64,000 bases of DNA, from the NCBI GenBank assembly GCA_963703315.1, contig OY969811.1, positions 3,584,001 through 3,648,000 on the forward strand. The letters run 5' to 3'. The notes under the pieces are model-generated. The model ran no database searches. It worked only from the letters and a program-made list of their open reading frames with translations, and had not been told where the DNA came from. Position 1 is the first letter of the stretch; every line of letters starts with the position of its first letter. The stretch comes from an uncultured cyanobacterium. Its GTDB lineage: Bacteria; Cyanobacteriota; Cyanobacteriia; Pseudanabaenales; Pseudanabaenaceae. The translations under genes and the position numbers were made by a program. Of the stretch, positions 28,591 to 39,177 are shown one piece after another.

Positions 28591-29079
28591 TTAGCTCAAG
28601 CCAGAGCTGATGTAGTCAAGGTAGATACCCAACTCTTTACCAGCGTCAGAGCCAACGATGCTAGCAGCAACTTCTTTGATTGCTTGAATTGCTTGAATTG
28701 TAGAAACTACAGGTACTCCAAGAGAGCTGTAGGTTTCTTTCAAGCCATTAAGTACACGCTCGTCAAGGATTGATGCGTCACCAGCTAGCATTGCGTAGGT
28801 TGCATAGCGTAGGTAGTAGTCGAGGTCGCGGATGCAAGCTGCATAACGACGGGTGGTGTACATATTGCCACCGGGACGGGTAACATCAGAGTACAACAAA
28901 GACTTAGCAACTGCTTCTTTAACAATGGTTGCAGAGTTAGCAGCGATCGCTTGAGAAGCACGAACGCGAAGTTCGCCAGTTGCGAAGTAGTTCTTTAGCT
29001 TTTCTAGAGAAGCTGCATCAAGGTACTTGCCTTGAACGTCGGCGGAGTTGATAACCGAGGTAATTGCGTCTTGTGCCAT
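28591..29079 (-). CDS. apcB: Allophycocyanin beta subunit
   Basis: [31 protein letters not shown]. Confidence 0.98.
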   Translation of the reverse strand: MAQDAITSVINSADVQGKYLDAASLEKLKNYFATGELRVRASQAIAANSATIVKEAVAKSLLYSDVTRPGGNMYTTRRYAACIRDLDYYLRYATYAMLAGDASILDERVLNGLKETYSSLGVPVVSTIQAIQAIKEVAASIVGSDAGKELGIYLDYISSGLS

Positions 29080-29201
29080 TTTTATATATTTTTTAGGTTT
29101 GCAATTAGTTTTTTGAATTTAGAAATTAAGAAATTTGAAATGCTCTAAAACAGTCTAGAAAACAATCTATAAGGCAAATTTTAAAACAAATCAAAACCGT
29201 C

Positions 29202-29687
29202 TTACTGTAGACCGCCAATAACGTAGTCGAAGTAGTAACCAGCTTCAGCTGCGTCTTCACCAGACAACAAAGCTGCTGCTGCACTCTTTAGACCACGAAC
29301 ACCTTCGGAAACAGCACCGATAGGAGTACCGAGTGAACCGTACATTTCTTTAACGCCAACTAGACCAATTTCTTCGATTGGGGTTACGTCTCCAGAAACA
29401 ACTCCGTAGGTTACTAGGCGTAGGTAGTAGTCAAGGTCACGCAAGCAAGTTGCGGTTAGCTGTTCACCGTATGCATTTCCACCAGGAGAAACGACATCAG
29501 GACGCTTTTGGAAAAGTTGATCACCAGCTTGCTTAACAATGCGCTCGCGGGATTCGGTCAAAGTTTGTGCAATGCGAAGACGACGCTCACCAGAGCTTAC
29601 AAAGCTCTTAATGCGATCTAATTCACCAGGGCTGAGGTAACGTGCTTCAGCATCTGCATTCACGATAGACTTCGTGACTACGCTCAT
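29202..29687 (-). CDS. apcA: Allophycocyanin alpha subunit
   Basis: [37 protein letters not shown]. Confidence 0.98.
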   Translation of the reverse strand: MSVVTKSIVNADAEARYLSPGELDRIKSFVSSGERRLRIAQTLTESRERIVKQAGDQLFQKRPDVVSPGGNAYGEQLTATCLRDLDYYLRLVTYGVVSGDVTPIEEIGLVGVKEMYGSLGTPIGAVSEGVRGLKSAAAALLSGEDAAEAGYYFDYVIGGLQ

Positions 29688-30184
29688 TTAATTTTTTCTC
29701 CAATCAAAAATGTGAATAAAAACGATTGATGTGATGCCGTACCATGCAGAGATCCTTTAGCTTGAGCAATGTCCCTAAGGAAATTAATCAAGGTTTAGAG
29801 GTGTTTCTGACATGGAGGGTTTCTTTGTCAAAGCAATGATTACCAGAACATTTTGAAGCATTGCGTTGTCTACAAGCTTTTCTTCATCACACTTCTTAAC
29901 ATTTGCTATGTTAGCACTAGAGTTGAAAAACATGATCAATTAAGCTAAAAGTATTGCTGTACAAAGGTTTACCATGTTTCCAGAGAGCCTTAAGCCTATA
30001 AATACAGATTGTTGGGTTTTGATTTAGATGTAAGGGACAACCGATCGCCAGCAGGTGGTGATCTTGATACCAGCAATTTTGCCCCACTCATCAAAAAACA
30101 AAAAGAGTTGCGGCGTGCCACAACTCTTTTTGTTTCCTAGACTTGGCGATCGCTAAGTCTAGTCGCTAAGTTTAATCGCTAAGT

Positions 30185-31138
30185 TTAGGAGTAGTTCATA
30201 AAAAATAGTTTGCTTACATTTGAGGCAATCCGATTGAGATAGGGGGCAGGATCTAGAGCTACCCAACCATCACCTGAAGGAGCCATAATTTCAAAGTGCA
30301 AGTGAGGCCCCGTTGAGCGTCCTGTGGAGCCAACAATGCCGATTTGTTGTCCTTGAGCTACCTGTTGTCCTTGGTAGACATAAATTGCTTCTAGGTGGGC
30401 ATAACGTGTACCTGTAGAGCCGTGATCGAGTTCGACTAGATTGCCATAGCCACCTCCCCATCCTGCAAACTCGACACGTCCTGACTTAGCGGCAAGTACA
30501 GGAGTCCCGAAGGATGCACCGAGGTCAATACCGCTATGAAATGACCAAATTGCGGTGACAGGATTCATCCTCCAGCCATAGTTGGACGTGACAGGGACAG
30601 AATAGGGCAAGGGATAGCCACCAGTTTGCATGATGACGCTAGGATCTCCAGATCTGGTAGCGATCGCTGGGTTAAAGGGAACAGGATCGGGTTTCCAGAT
30701 TGCGCCTGGGACAAAGACAACTTTGGGCTTACGTTGACAGCCATTGCGCTCGAAGAGGACATCGGCACGAATATTGTATTTTTTGGCAACAGTGGTGTAA
30801 TTTTCGTCATTCTTAAAGCGGTAGGTCAAACCATCGAGGGGAGGGATTGATAGGGTTTGCCCCGCTTTAACTTGACCATTGCGAACTTCTGGATTTAAAC
30901 CCATCAAAGTCGCAGTTTTGAGTTCATATTTCTTGGCGATCGCCTCAAGAGTTTCACCCTGCTTAACTTTATGTTGAGTTAAATCATCAAGGGTCGGTTT
31001 ACCACAGAGTTCTTCCGCGTCCTTAGATGCAGACTGATCAACGGGTTTAGTCAGGTCTGACGAGGTTGCCAGTGCAGGTAAAGGGCATAAACTAGCGATC
31101 GCAACTATAAGAAGGGAAATTTTCCAAGACGGCTTCAT
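30185..31138 (-). CDS. LysM-domain M23 family metallopeptidase
   Basis: Signal peptide, LysM (HKVKQGETLEAIA), HSGID and STGPHLHFE motifs. Confidence 0.9.
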   Translation of the reverse strand: MKPSWKISLLIVAIASLCPLPALATSSDLTKPVDQSASKDAEELCGKPTLDDLTQHKVKQGETLEAIAKKYELKTATLMGLNPEVRNGQVKAGQTLSIPPLDGLTYRFKNDENYTTVAKKYNIRADVLFERNGCQRKPKVVFVPGAIWKPDPVPFNPAIATRSGDPSVIMQTGGYPLPYSVPVTSNYGWRMNPVTAIWSFHSGIDLGASFGTPVLAAKSGRVEFAGWGGGYGNLVELDHGSTGTRYAHLEAIYVYQGQQVAQGQQIGIVGSTGRSTGPHLHFEIMAPSGDGWVALDPAPYLNRIASNVSKLFFMNYS

Positions 31139-31446
31139 GGATTGTTATTTAGGCAGTTGTGTGAGGAAAAATATGTGAATGTAATGGGGTAGGTTTGGGG
31201 ATTTAGCAACAAAAGTAACAAAACATGAAGATCTACTATAAGAATCTTCATAAAATTAATGCCAATACATTCTTGCAGCGATCGCGTCATTATGAACACC
31301 ACCAATCTGGTGATATAAAAACCTAAAGTCTGTAGCGCACGCATAGCGTGCGCTACAGACTTTAGGTTTTTATATTATGGCGAGGTGCTTATTAAACTTT
31401 AAAATCAGTTTGATAATGGAAATTGTCAAACCTAATTTCTAAAATC

Positions 31447-32298
31447 ATGACAAATTCGCTAGCTTCCGTTAGTAAAGAGCAACTCCAAACCTTCTTAGAT
31501 ATTGCTACTGAGGCAGCTTGCGCGGGTGGTGCAGTATTGCAATCTTATTTAGGAAATCTCCAAGAAAAGGAAGTTGAAGAAAAGCGTCCTGGGGATTTGG
31601 TGACGATCGCTGATAAAGAATCTGAAGCAACAGTTCTCTCAATTTTGCAGCGCCACTTTCCTGATCATGGCATTTTGGCAGAAGAATCAGGTGTTTTGGG
31701 AAATAGTGATAGTCGATGTCTATGGGCGATCGATCCGCTTGATGGGACAACAAATTTTGCTCATCAGTATCCATTTTCCTCAGTATCGATCGCTCTATTA
31801 ATTGATGGAGTCCCAACCGTTGGTGCGGTTTATGATCCCTTTCGTGATGAAATATTTCGAGCCGCGACAGGCTTAGGCGCAACTCGTAACCGTATGCCAA
31901 TTCATGTTTCCAAAACTACGGAACTTAGCCGCAGTTTACTTGTAACGGGCTTTGCCTACGATCGCACTCTCGTTGAGGACAATAACTATGCGGAGTTCTG
32001 CCATTTCACGCACATCACTCAAGGCGTACGTCGTGGCGGCTCGGCGGCGATGGACTTAGCCTATGTCGCCTGTGGTCGCTTAGATGGCTATTGGGAGCGT
32101 GGTTTGTCCTTGTGGGACTTAGCGGCGGGTGTGGTTATTGTCCGTGAGGCTGGCGGGATTGTCACTGCCTATGATGGCAGTGACCATATTCCCAAATCGG
32201 GAAGATTGCTCGCGACTAATGGTCATTTGCATGAGCAAATGATTGCGGAGTTAGCACTGATTAAACCTTTACCGTTTAAATTTCCCTTTGGTCGCTAG
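31447..32298 (+). CDS. suhB: Inositol monophosphatase family protein (SuhB-like)
   Basis: WAIDPLDGTTNFAH, WDLAAG; start uncertain (31423 or 31447). Confidence 0.88.
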   Translation: MTNSLASVSKEQLQTFLDIATEAACAGGAVLQSYLGNLQEKEVEEKRPGDLVTIADKESEATVLSILQRHFPDHGILAEESGVLGNSDSRCLWAIDPLDGTTNFAHQYPFSSVSIALLIDGVPTVGAVYDPFRDEIFRAATGLGATRNRMPIHVSKTTELSRSLLVTGFAYDRTLVEDNNYAEFCHFTHITQGVRRGGSAAMDLAYVACGRLDGYWERGLSLWDLAAGVVIVREAGGIVTAYDGSDHIPKSGRLLATNGHLHEQMIAELALIKPLPFKFPFGR

Positions 32299-32355
32299 TT
32301 ACAGTCCCCCTAGAAAGATTTTTAAAAGTCTTCCTTCATAATCCTTTCTAGATTT

Positions 32356-32470
32356 TATAGCCAGAGCCAAGCAAGTTAAGACATAAAAACCAAAAGAGAG
32401 TTGCGGCGCGATGCGCCGCAACTCTCTTTTGGTTTTTGGTTTTGTCCTAACATAACTGACTACAGCTATA
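32356..32470. mobile_element. MITE-like element, TATAGC family
   Basis: TATAGC...GCTATA ends; right arm is nearly the reverse complement of 43097-43126; central hairpin. Confidence 0.7.
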
Positions 32471-32589
32471 AGTAAGCGCAAAGCGCTGTATCTTTACAAT
32501 CTGTGATTACGTCTAAAGCGAAGATAGTAGTAAAAAAACAATAAAAATTTGTGATATTCTTGAATTTATTCGTTGTTAAAAAGTAAATA

Positions 32590-33080
32590 ATGATTCGCTT
32601 AATTGGCTTGGGGTTATTCTTTTTTGGCTTTTGGTTTATTGGACAAAATATTATTTTTACCTCGCAAATATCATTCTTTACCTTTCGAGGCATAGCCGCA
32701 GGGGGAAGTATTATTTTGTTGATTGGGGGGATTTCGACATATTTATTTGGTAGCGGCAGTAGCCGTAACGCAGGGCTAGTAATGCTTTTCTTGTCGGCTG
32801 TCCTGATATTTATGAGCGGTGTGATTATCATTAACCCAACGTCACTAGCTGAAATATTTGGGGAAGTATTATTTTGTTGATTGGGGGGATTTCGACATAT
32901 TTATTTGGTAGCGGCAGTAGCCGTAACGCAGGGCTAGTAATGCTTTTCTTGTCGGCTGTCCTGATATTTATGAGCGGTGTGATTATCATTAACCCAACGT
33001 CACTAGCTGAAATATTTATTGGCATTGCTGCCATGATTTTTGGGGGTAGGATGATTACAAGCGGTCGCTATGATATTTAG
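32590..33080 (+). pseudogene. Small 4-TM membrane protein gene frameshifted by an internal 158-bp tandem duplication
   Basis: 32702-32859 is repeated exactly at 32860-33017; removing one copy gives a continuous 110-aa ORF. Confidence 0.8.
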
Positions 33081-33104
33081 ATGTGATATTTGAGAGTCGA
33101 AGCT

Positions 33105-33209
33105 ATGACTTTTGAAGAGATGCAATCGGTAATAGCAGGAATGTTGGAAGTTCAGCGTAACCTGCAAGAAAGTCAGCTAAGAGACCGTCAAGATATTTTG
33201 CTTTTCTAG
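33105..33209 (+). other. Short ORF (34 aa), possibly a truncated coiled-coil protein gene
   Basis: MTFEEMQSVIAGMLEVQRNLQESQLRDRQDILLF*, with GAGAG upstream. Confidence 0.4.
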
Positions 33210-33234
33210 AACGCAAAAGGGCTGAGAGGGATAG

Positions 33235-33543
33235 ATGAGTAAGTCCAATCGATTCTTGTTATTGGTAATATTGGGTCTTGCGATCGCGGTGATTGGTAGT
33301 CACTTTTTGACTATAGTTTTGGCGATTTCCTTGATGTTACTTACCTACGCGATGCCTCTGTTGATTGTCTTGGCACTGCTAGTACTTGGGTGGAAATTAG
33401 TACTAAGTGAGGGTAAACAAGAAGAGCGATCGCAAATAGAAGCAATTAAGAGCGCCAAGCCTGAGAGTCACTTAGATATTGAACGTGAGATAAATCGACT
33501 CAAACATCAGATAGGACAGATGCATAAAAAAGATAAGCCATAA
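33235..33543 (+). CDS. Hypothetical membrane protein
   Basis: Two TM helices plus a charged C-terminus (DIEREINRLKHQIG); GAGG RBS. Confidence 0.65.
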   Translation: MSKSNRFLLLVILGLAIAVIGSHFLTIVLAISLMLLTYAMPLLIVLALLVLGWKLVLSEGKQEERSQIEAIKSAKPESHLDIEREINRLKHQIGQMHKKDKP

Positions 33544-33556
33544 ACTTAGTTACAAG

Positions 33557-34549
33557 TCACAATCTTTGCATGAGATAGCAGAGGCAGTCTTGGCGCACAA
33601 TGTCGGTATTGAGGGTGAGCATTGACGGCATTACAGGAACTTTTAAAATAATTTCACCATTTTCAATTTGAAAAAAGCGATCGCTTTTTTCTTCCCCATC
33701 TTCACTCACGGCTAATAAATAGGCTTTATCAGTTTTGGCTTTACCAAATTTTGCCCCAACTGGTAATTCGCAAAAATTTAAGCAATCCATGCCGTCAGGG
33801 AAAGTAATGTCATCATCAGGCTCACTCGTAAAGCTGAAATTAATCTCTTTAGAGACTTTGACGATCGCCACTGTGTGAAACAAATCAATATCGGCGATCG
33901 CGGAATCAGGCAAGTTATCGAAACTATCAAGATTGAGACAAGTTTCTACATATTCCAAAGCATGAGATGTGCCATCAGCAACATCGGGCTGTCCGCACTC
34001 TACAACGATCGCAGGACAAAACTCACCAAAGGCGTAAGACTGGACGGTTTTAGGACTAGTGTAATGCACCACGATTTTGCTAAATAATCGTGCAAGGTGA
34101 CGAGAATGCGTATCTAAGCGTGTAATGCATCCATAATGAGGATTTCTCCCCGTATTGTTGTGAATATCAATACTGGCAAATACGCCTCGTGATTGCATTT
34201 CTGCAATTACCTGTCTCGCCATTAGTTGCTCTGGTGATTCTCCCCCTTGCCAAATGCGATTATAGTCAGGCTGATGCGGTAAATGTCTTTGGCGATATCT
34301 CGCAGCTTCGATATTACCGATAAAGACCGAAAGCGATCGCGGTAATTTGCGGTTTTGATACTTACGCAGTAATTCCCGCATCGCTAGCCAACTAGTTGTT
34401 TCATTACCATGTAACAAAATCGAAACAAACAATGGTGGTTGGCGATCGCCTTCTAGGTGGATCAGTGTCGGCTGTTTGAGTAACTGCCAAAGTTGAGTAG
34501 ATTCAAGGTCTAATAATCCGTCGGGTATGCGATCGATGACATCAAGCAT
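33557..34549 (-). CDS. M14 metallopeptidase / succinylglutamate desuccinylase-aspartoacylase family
   Basis: LHGNE, DYNR, IDIHN, VECG motifs. Confidence 0.85.
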   Translation of the reverse strand: MLDVIDRIPDGLLDLESTQLWQLLKQPTLIHLEGDRQPPLFVSILLHGNETTSWLAMRELLRKYQNRKLPRSLSVFIGNIEAARYRQRHLPHQPDYNRIWQGGESPEQLMARQVIAEMQSRGVFASIDIHNNTGRNPHYGCITRLDTHSRHLARLFSKIVVHYTSPKTVQSYAFGEFCPAIVVECGQPDVADGTSHALEYVETCLNLDSFDNLPDSAIADIDLFHTVAIVKVSKEINFSFTSEPDDDITFPDGMDCLNFCELPVGAKFGKAKTDKAYLLAVSEDGEEKSDRFFQIENGEIILKVPVMPSMLTLNTDIVRQDCLCYLMQRL

Positions 34550-34795
34550 AAAAAATTTATCTATAAAGAAGCAACGCTAAGCGCTGTCTCTAATTAAAAC
34601 AAAAGGCACGCATAGCGTGCCTTTTGTTGTTTGTAAAAGCTAATTTAGGCGTGTCAATTGACACGCCTAAATCTAAATGCAGGATAAAGAATAATTGCAC
34701 TTAAAGAAAAATAAACAAGAATCTAGCTTAATTAAAAATTAGAAATCAAGAATTAAAAATCTACAATTCGTAATTCGTAATTAAATAATTTGTAA

Positions 34796-35074
<279 letters not shown>

Positions 35075-35334
35075 TTAGGCACGGGATGTTTAAAACCAAG
35101 TTTATCGTAGTGGTTTACATTCGATGATCAGATTGTGAGATAACTTAAAACAAATTAATATTTGAGTCTGTAATCAAGTTTTTGCCCCAATTTCATATAA
35201 CTTGAACCAATATTCAAAAAGGTGGGGCGGTGCAATGTGCCGTCCCACCTTTTTATATTTTGAGGCGATCGCTCAAACAAACTATGCAAGACTTTAATAA
35301 TTAAATAAATTGAAACGTTAATAAAAATCTTCCT

Positions 35335-36498
35335 ATGAAACGCATTACCCTGCTTGGCTCCACTGGCTCGATTGGTACACAAACACTAGACATTGTTGCC
35401 GAGTATCCTGAAAAATTTCAGGTGGTGGGAATGACGGCAGGAGGAAATATCGAACTGCTTGCGAAACAAATTCGCCAGTTTCAACCCGAAATTGTGGCGA
35501 TCGCTAGTGAAAAAAAGCTTTCTGAACTGAAAGAGGCGATCGCCGATCTAGCAGTAAAGCCCATCATGCTAGCAGGAGCCGAAGGAGTAGAGACTGTGGC
35601 TGCTTATGGGGATTCGGAAGCCGTAGTTACAGGAATTGTCGGCTGTGCAGGGCTATTACCAACGATCGCTGCTATTAAAGCAGGTAAAAATATTGCCCTA
35701 GCCAATAAAGAGACATTAATCGCAGGTGGTGAAGTAGTTGTGCCACTGGTGAAAAAACATGGCGTGAAGCTTTTACCTGCGGATTCTGAACATTCGGCAA
35801 TTTTTCAATGTTTACAAGGAGTTCCTGAAGGCGGACTGCGACGAATTATTCTCACAGCTTCAGGTGGTGCATTTCGCGATCGCCCCACCGAAGAACTCGC
35901 ATCTGTCACTGTAGCTGATGCTCTCAAGCATCCCAACTGGGCAATGGGCAAAAAAATTACGATTGATTCCGCAACCTTAATGAATAAAGGTTTGGAAGTC
36001 ATCGAAGCGCATTATCTCTTTGGTGTTGATTACGACAAAATCGAAATTGTAATTCATCCCCAAAGTATTATCCATTCTCTAATTGAATTGGAAGATACTT
36101 CTGTATTAGCACAACTAGGCATTCCTGATATGCGGTTGCCATTGCTTTATTCCCTGTCCTATCCCGATCGCATTCCGACGCAATGGGAACGCCTCGATCT
36201 TGTCAAATGCGGTACACTTACTTTCCGCGCCCCCGATCATCAGAAATACCCCTGTATGGATCTCGCCTACGCCGCAGGTCGCGCAGGGGGAACCATGCCT
36301 GCGGTGTTGAATGCTGCCAATGAGCAAGTGGTGGAATTATTCCTACAAGAGCGAATTCGCTATGTCCAGATTGCCGACTTGATTAAATATGTATGCGATC
36401 GGCATAATTGTGTTTCTAAGCCAGAGCTTGAAGATATTCTCGAAGCCGATAGATGGGCGAGAAATGTAGTAGTTGAGCAAGTATTGTCTAAAGTGTAG
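35335..36498 (+). CDS. dxr: 1-deoxy-D-xylulose-5-phosphate reductoisomerase
   Basis: [40 protein letters not shown]. Confidence 0.97.
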   Translation: MKRITLLGSTGSIGTQTLDIVAEYPEKFQVVGMTAGGNIELLAKQIRQFQPEIVAIASEKKLSELKEAIADLAVKPIMLAGAEGVETVAAYGDSEAVVTGIVGCAGLLPTIAAIKAGKNIALANKETLIAGGEVVVPLVKKHGVKLLPADSEHSAIFQCLQGVPEGGLRRIILTASGGAFRDRPTEELASVTVADALKHPNWAMGKKITIDSATLMNKGLEVIEAHYLFGVDYDKIEIVIHPQSIIHSLIELEDTSVLAQLGIPDMRLPLLYSLSYPDRIPTQWERLDLVKCGTLTFRAPDHQKYPCMDLAYAAGRAGGTMPAVLNAANEQVVELFLQERIRYVQIADLIKYVCDRHNCVSKPELEDILEADRWARNVVVEQVLSKV

Positions 36499-36527
36499 CT
36501 ATTCATAACTTGCTCAGCTCAGCTTTT

Positions 36528-36575
36528 CGCAGTCGTAAAGCAAATAAAGCCTATTCAGGAGATAGTCATGATTAA
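36528..36575 (+). pseudogene. Possible 3' stub of a BrnT-like toxin gene
   Basis: Reads RSRKANKAYSGDSHD* and overlaps the antitoxin ATG. Confidence 0.45.
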
Positions 36576-36825
36576 CAATTTAACTGCTGAAGAAGAAGAT
36601 ATTCTGGCTAGTTATGAGCGTGGTGAGTGGCAATCAGTTAAAAATCTTCAGGAAGAAATGGACTCTTATCGTCAATCTGCTACTGCTTGGATGCAGAAAA
36701 ATCACACAATTAGTCTCACCTTACCAGAACAAGAGTTTGAGCAATTTCAGCAGAAAGTACTCAGTACAGGTGAATCTTCACAAACTGTCTTGATAAATCT
36801 AATTCGACAATTTATTGCTTCCTAA
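36568..36825 (+). CDS. CopG/BrnA-like antitoxin (orphan)
   Basis: LTAEEEDILASYERGEWQSV N-terminus plus RHH-like C-terminus. Confidence 0.7.
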   Translation: MINNLTAEEEDILASYERGEWQSVKNLQEEMDSYRQSATAWMQKNHTISLTLPEQEFEQFQQKVLSTGESSQTVLINLIRQFIAS

Positions 36826-36861
36826 AAACAAAAAAGAGACTCGCCAAGCGAGTCTCTTTTT

Positions 36862-37722
36862 CTATTTGGCGATCGCTGGTGGCATGATCACTTTAGTGGC
36901 TAAACCTAAAACTCTGAGTACTTGAATTGCCCACCAAGTAACATCAATCTCCCACCAACGCCAACCAGCCTTCGCCACATGGGGATAGGCATGATGATTA
37001 TTGTGCCAACCTTCGCCGTAGGTGACGATCGCTGCCCACCAGAGATTTCGGGAATTATCCTTAGTCTCGAAGGTGCGATAGCCCCACATATGCGTAACAG
37101 AATTAATAAACCAAGTGCTATGCCATAGCAAGACCGATCGCACACACATTCCCCAAATCACAAAAGACCAACCACCGAGAGCATATAACAAAACTCCCAA
37201 AGGGATTTGCAATAGTAGGTAATAACGATCTAGCCATAGATAGAAAGGATCTCGCGCCATTTCAGGGGCATATTTACGATATTTGGTCGGATCAAAAAAT
37301 TCTTCTTTGGGATAGAACAGCCACAATACATGACTCCACCAAAATCCTTTACGCGCCGAGTAAGGATCTTTTTCCACATCTTCTGTATGGGCATGGTGTA
37401 AGCGATGTCCTGCTACCCAAAAAATTGGTCCTCCCTGTACGGCGGCGGCTCCGACTAAGGCGATCGCATATTCTAGCCATTTCGGAACTTGAAAACTACG
37501 ATGACTCAGCAGACGGTGATATCCCAAACAAATTCCAATACTTCCTAAAAACCAATGTAATATTAGCGTCACTCCTAAAGCTGACCATGAGAAGAACCAA
37601 GGAGCTATTAGAGCTAAAGCATGAAAGATTGCAAAAAAGACAATTGGTGTCCAACTTAATTTTAGTGGTTCAGGCTTATTGTCACTAGATGGATAGATAA
37701 TGTCTGAAAATAGTCTGGTCAT
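36862..37722 (-). CDS. desC: Delta-9 acyl-lipid desaturase
   Basis: His boxes HRLLSH, HRLHH, EGWHNNHH. Confidence 0.9.
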   Translation of the reverse strand: MTRLFSDIIYPSSDNKPEPLKLSWTPIVFFAIFHALALIAPWFFSWSALGVTLILHWFLGSIGICLGYHRLLSHRSFQVPKWLEYAIALVGAAAVQGGPIFWVAGHRLHHAHTEDVEKDPYSARKGFWWSHVLWLFYPKEEFFDPTKYRKYAPEMARDPFYLWLDRYYLLLQIPLGVLLYALGGWSFVIWGMCVRSVLLWHSTWFINSVTHMWGYRTFETKDNSRNLWWAAIVTYGEGWHNNHHAYPHVAKAGWRWWEIDVTWWAIQVLRVLGLATKVIMPPAIAK

Positions 37723-37869
37723 AGTTTATAGCTAATATTTTGAATACAGAAATCTTGACTTTGCTATCTGCAAAATCAAACCTAAGAATGGTTGTGTTGG
37801 GACGATTGGTTTTAAGTAAGGCTACAAATCATCCCTTTTAGGACTAATGAAAATCTTTATATTGAGTGT

Positions 37870-38352
37870 TTAGTGAGCTTCAACAAAAGCCAATTCATTA
37901 CGTCCCTGCCAATTGCTACAAGCTTTTTGGAAACCATGTCGCGGGTCGTCTGGGTCAGCACAAGATTCATGAGAATTTGGACAATCTTTGCATTCAAGAT
38001 GTTGACTACAGTGATCAATCAATGGCAAGAGTTCGTCACGTAGTATTTGCAGTTGTTGGATTGTCTCTTCAATCATTCGGGCTTTTTTGAGGAGGGAGTC
38101 ATGTACAGCCTGACAAGCGGGGAACTTTCCGTCTCTAGCTGCCAATATTTCCCTAATATCATCTAAACTCAGCCCCATTGCCTTTGTCTGGCTGATAAAA
38201 GCTAAGCGATCTACATCCTCCTGACTAAACAAGCGATATCCTGCTTCAGTTCGATGAGGAGAAGGGATTAACCCAATCCGTTCATAGAAATAAAGTGTCT
38301 GAGGATTTAGACCCAATTTGCGAGAGACTTCACCAACTTGCAGCATTGCCAT
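37870..38352 (-). CDS. MerR-family heavy-metal-responsive transcriptional regulator
   Basis: LQVGEVSRKLGLNPQTLYFYERIGL HTH, GYRLF, Cys/His-rich C-terminus; start 38352 or 38346. Confidence 0.88.
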   Translation of the reverse strand: MAMLQVGEVSRKLGLNPQTLYFYERIGLIPSPHRTEAGYRLFSQEDVDRLAFISQTKAMGLSLDDIREILAARDGKFPACQAVHDSLLKKARMIEETIQQLQILRDELLPLIDHCSQHLECKDCPNSHESCADPDDPRHGFQKACSNWQGRNELAFVEAH

Positions 38353-38380
38353 CTTTGCTTTTTCACATCCAACAGTTACA

Positions 38381-38412
38381 AGTCTAAACCTTATACTATG
38401 GTATAAGGTCAA
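38381..38412 (-). promoter_or_regulatory. MerR-type promoter/operator
   Basis: Minus strand TTGACC-N20-TAGACT with dyad ACCTTATAC-N4-GTATAAGGT (38388-38409). Confidence 0.85.
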
Positions 38413-38538
38413 GTGTTTTAGGTAAATTTCTTTATTGTAATGATGTTTTTGCGTAAGTCCTTGTAGCGATCGCTACTCCGAATTTCAGTTGTTGGTATCC
38501 TATGTTGGTATCCTAGAAGAAGAAATTGAGAGGACGTT

Positions 38539-39120
38539 ATGGTTGTAACAACGAAACTTGTCGCAATGCCTACGCCAGTTAAGTACCGCCTCAACGTCGA
38601 GCAGTACTACAAAATGGCGGAAGTTGGCATTTTAGGAATAGAGCAACGTACCGAATTAATTGAAGGAGAAATCATTGAAATGTCTGCAATTGGAACAAAA
38701 CACGCGATTTGTGTTTCCAATCTCTCAGAGTTATTAACTTTACGCACTATTCAAATAGCTCATGTACGTCAGCAAAATCCTGTGCATTTAAGCGATCGCT
38801 CTGAACCACAGCCTGATATTGCGCTAGTAAAACGCCCCAGTAGCTTATATGCAGATTGTCATCCTACACCTGATGATATTTTCCTGTTAATCGAAGTTTC
38901 TGATTCTACTTTGAAGTACGATCGCGAAGTTAAGATTCCACTCTATGCTAAAGCTGGTATTTCTGAAGTATGGATTGCCAATATCGAAGAACAAATATTT
39001 GAAGTTTATAAATCGCCAAATCAGGATCGTTATGAGCAGGTGCAGAATTACGGAAAGGGTGAAATGATTTCAATGAGTATGTTTACGGATATTGCGATCG
39101 CCGTTGATGAAGTTTTTTAA
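38539..39120 (+). CDS. Uma2-family (DUF820) putative endonuclease
   Basis: ELIEGEII, SEPQPDIAL, LLIEVSDST, KIPLYAKAGISEVW. Confidence 0.88.
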   Translation: MVVTTKLVAMPTPVKYRLNVEQYYKMAEVGILGIEQRTELIEGEIIEMSAIGTKHAICVSNLSELLTLRTIQIAHVRQQNPVHLSDRSEPQPDIALVKRPSSLYADCHPTPDDIFLLIEVSDSTLKYDREVKIPLYAKAGISEVWIANIEEQIFEVYKSPNQDRYEQVQNYGKGEMISMSMFTDIAIAVDEVF

Positions 39121-39177
39121 TTAATGTCGGTCGTGATCATTCTGTATAGCCAAGTAAAATGCGATCTTAAGCTGCGA

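Noticed and set aside
32466..33034. Two similar minus-strand ORFs suggesting paralogs
   Set aside because: They are antisense by-products of the 158-bp duplication.
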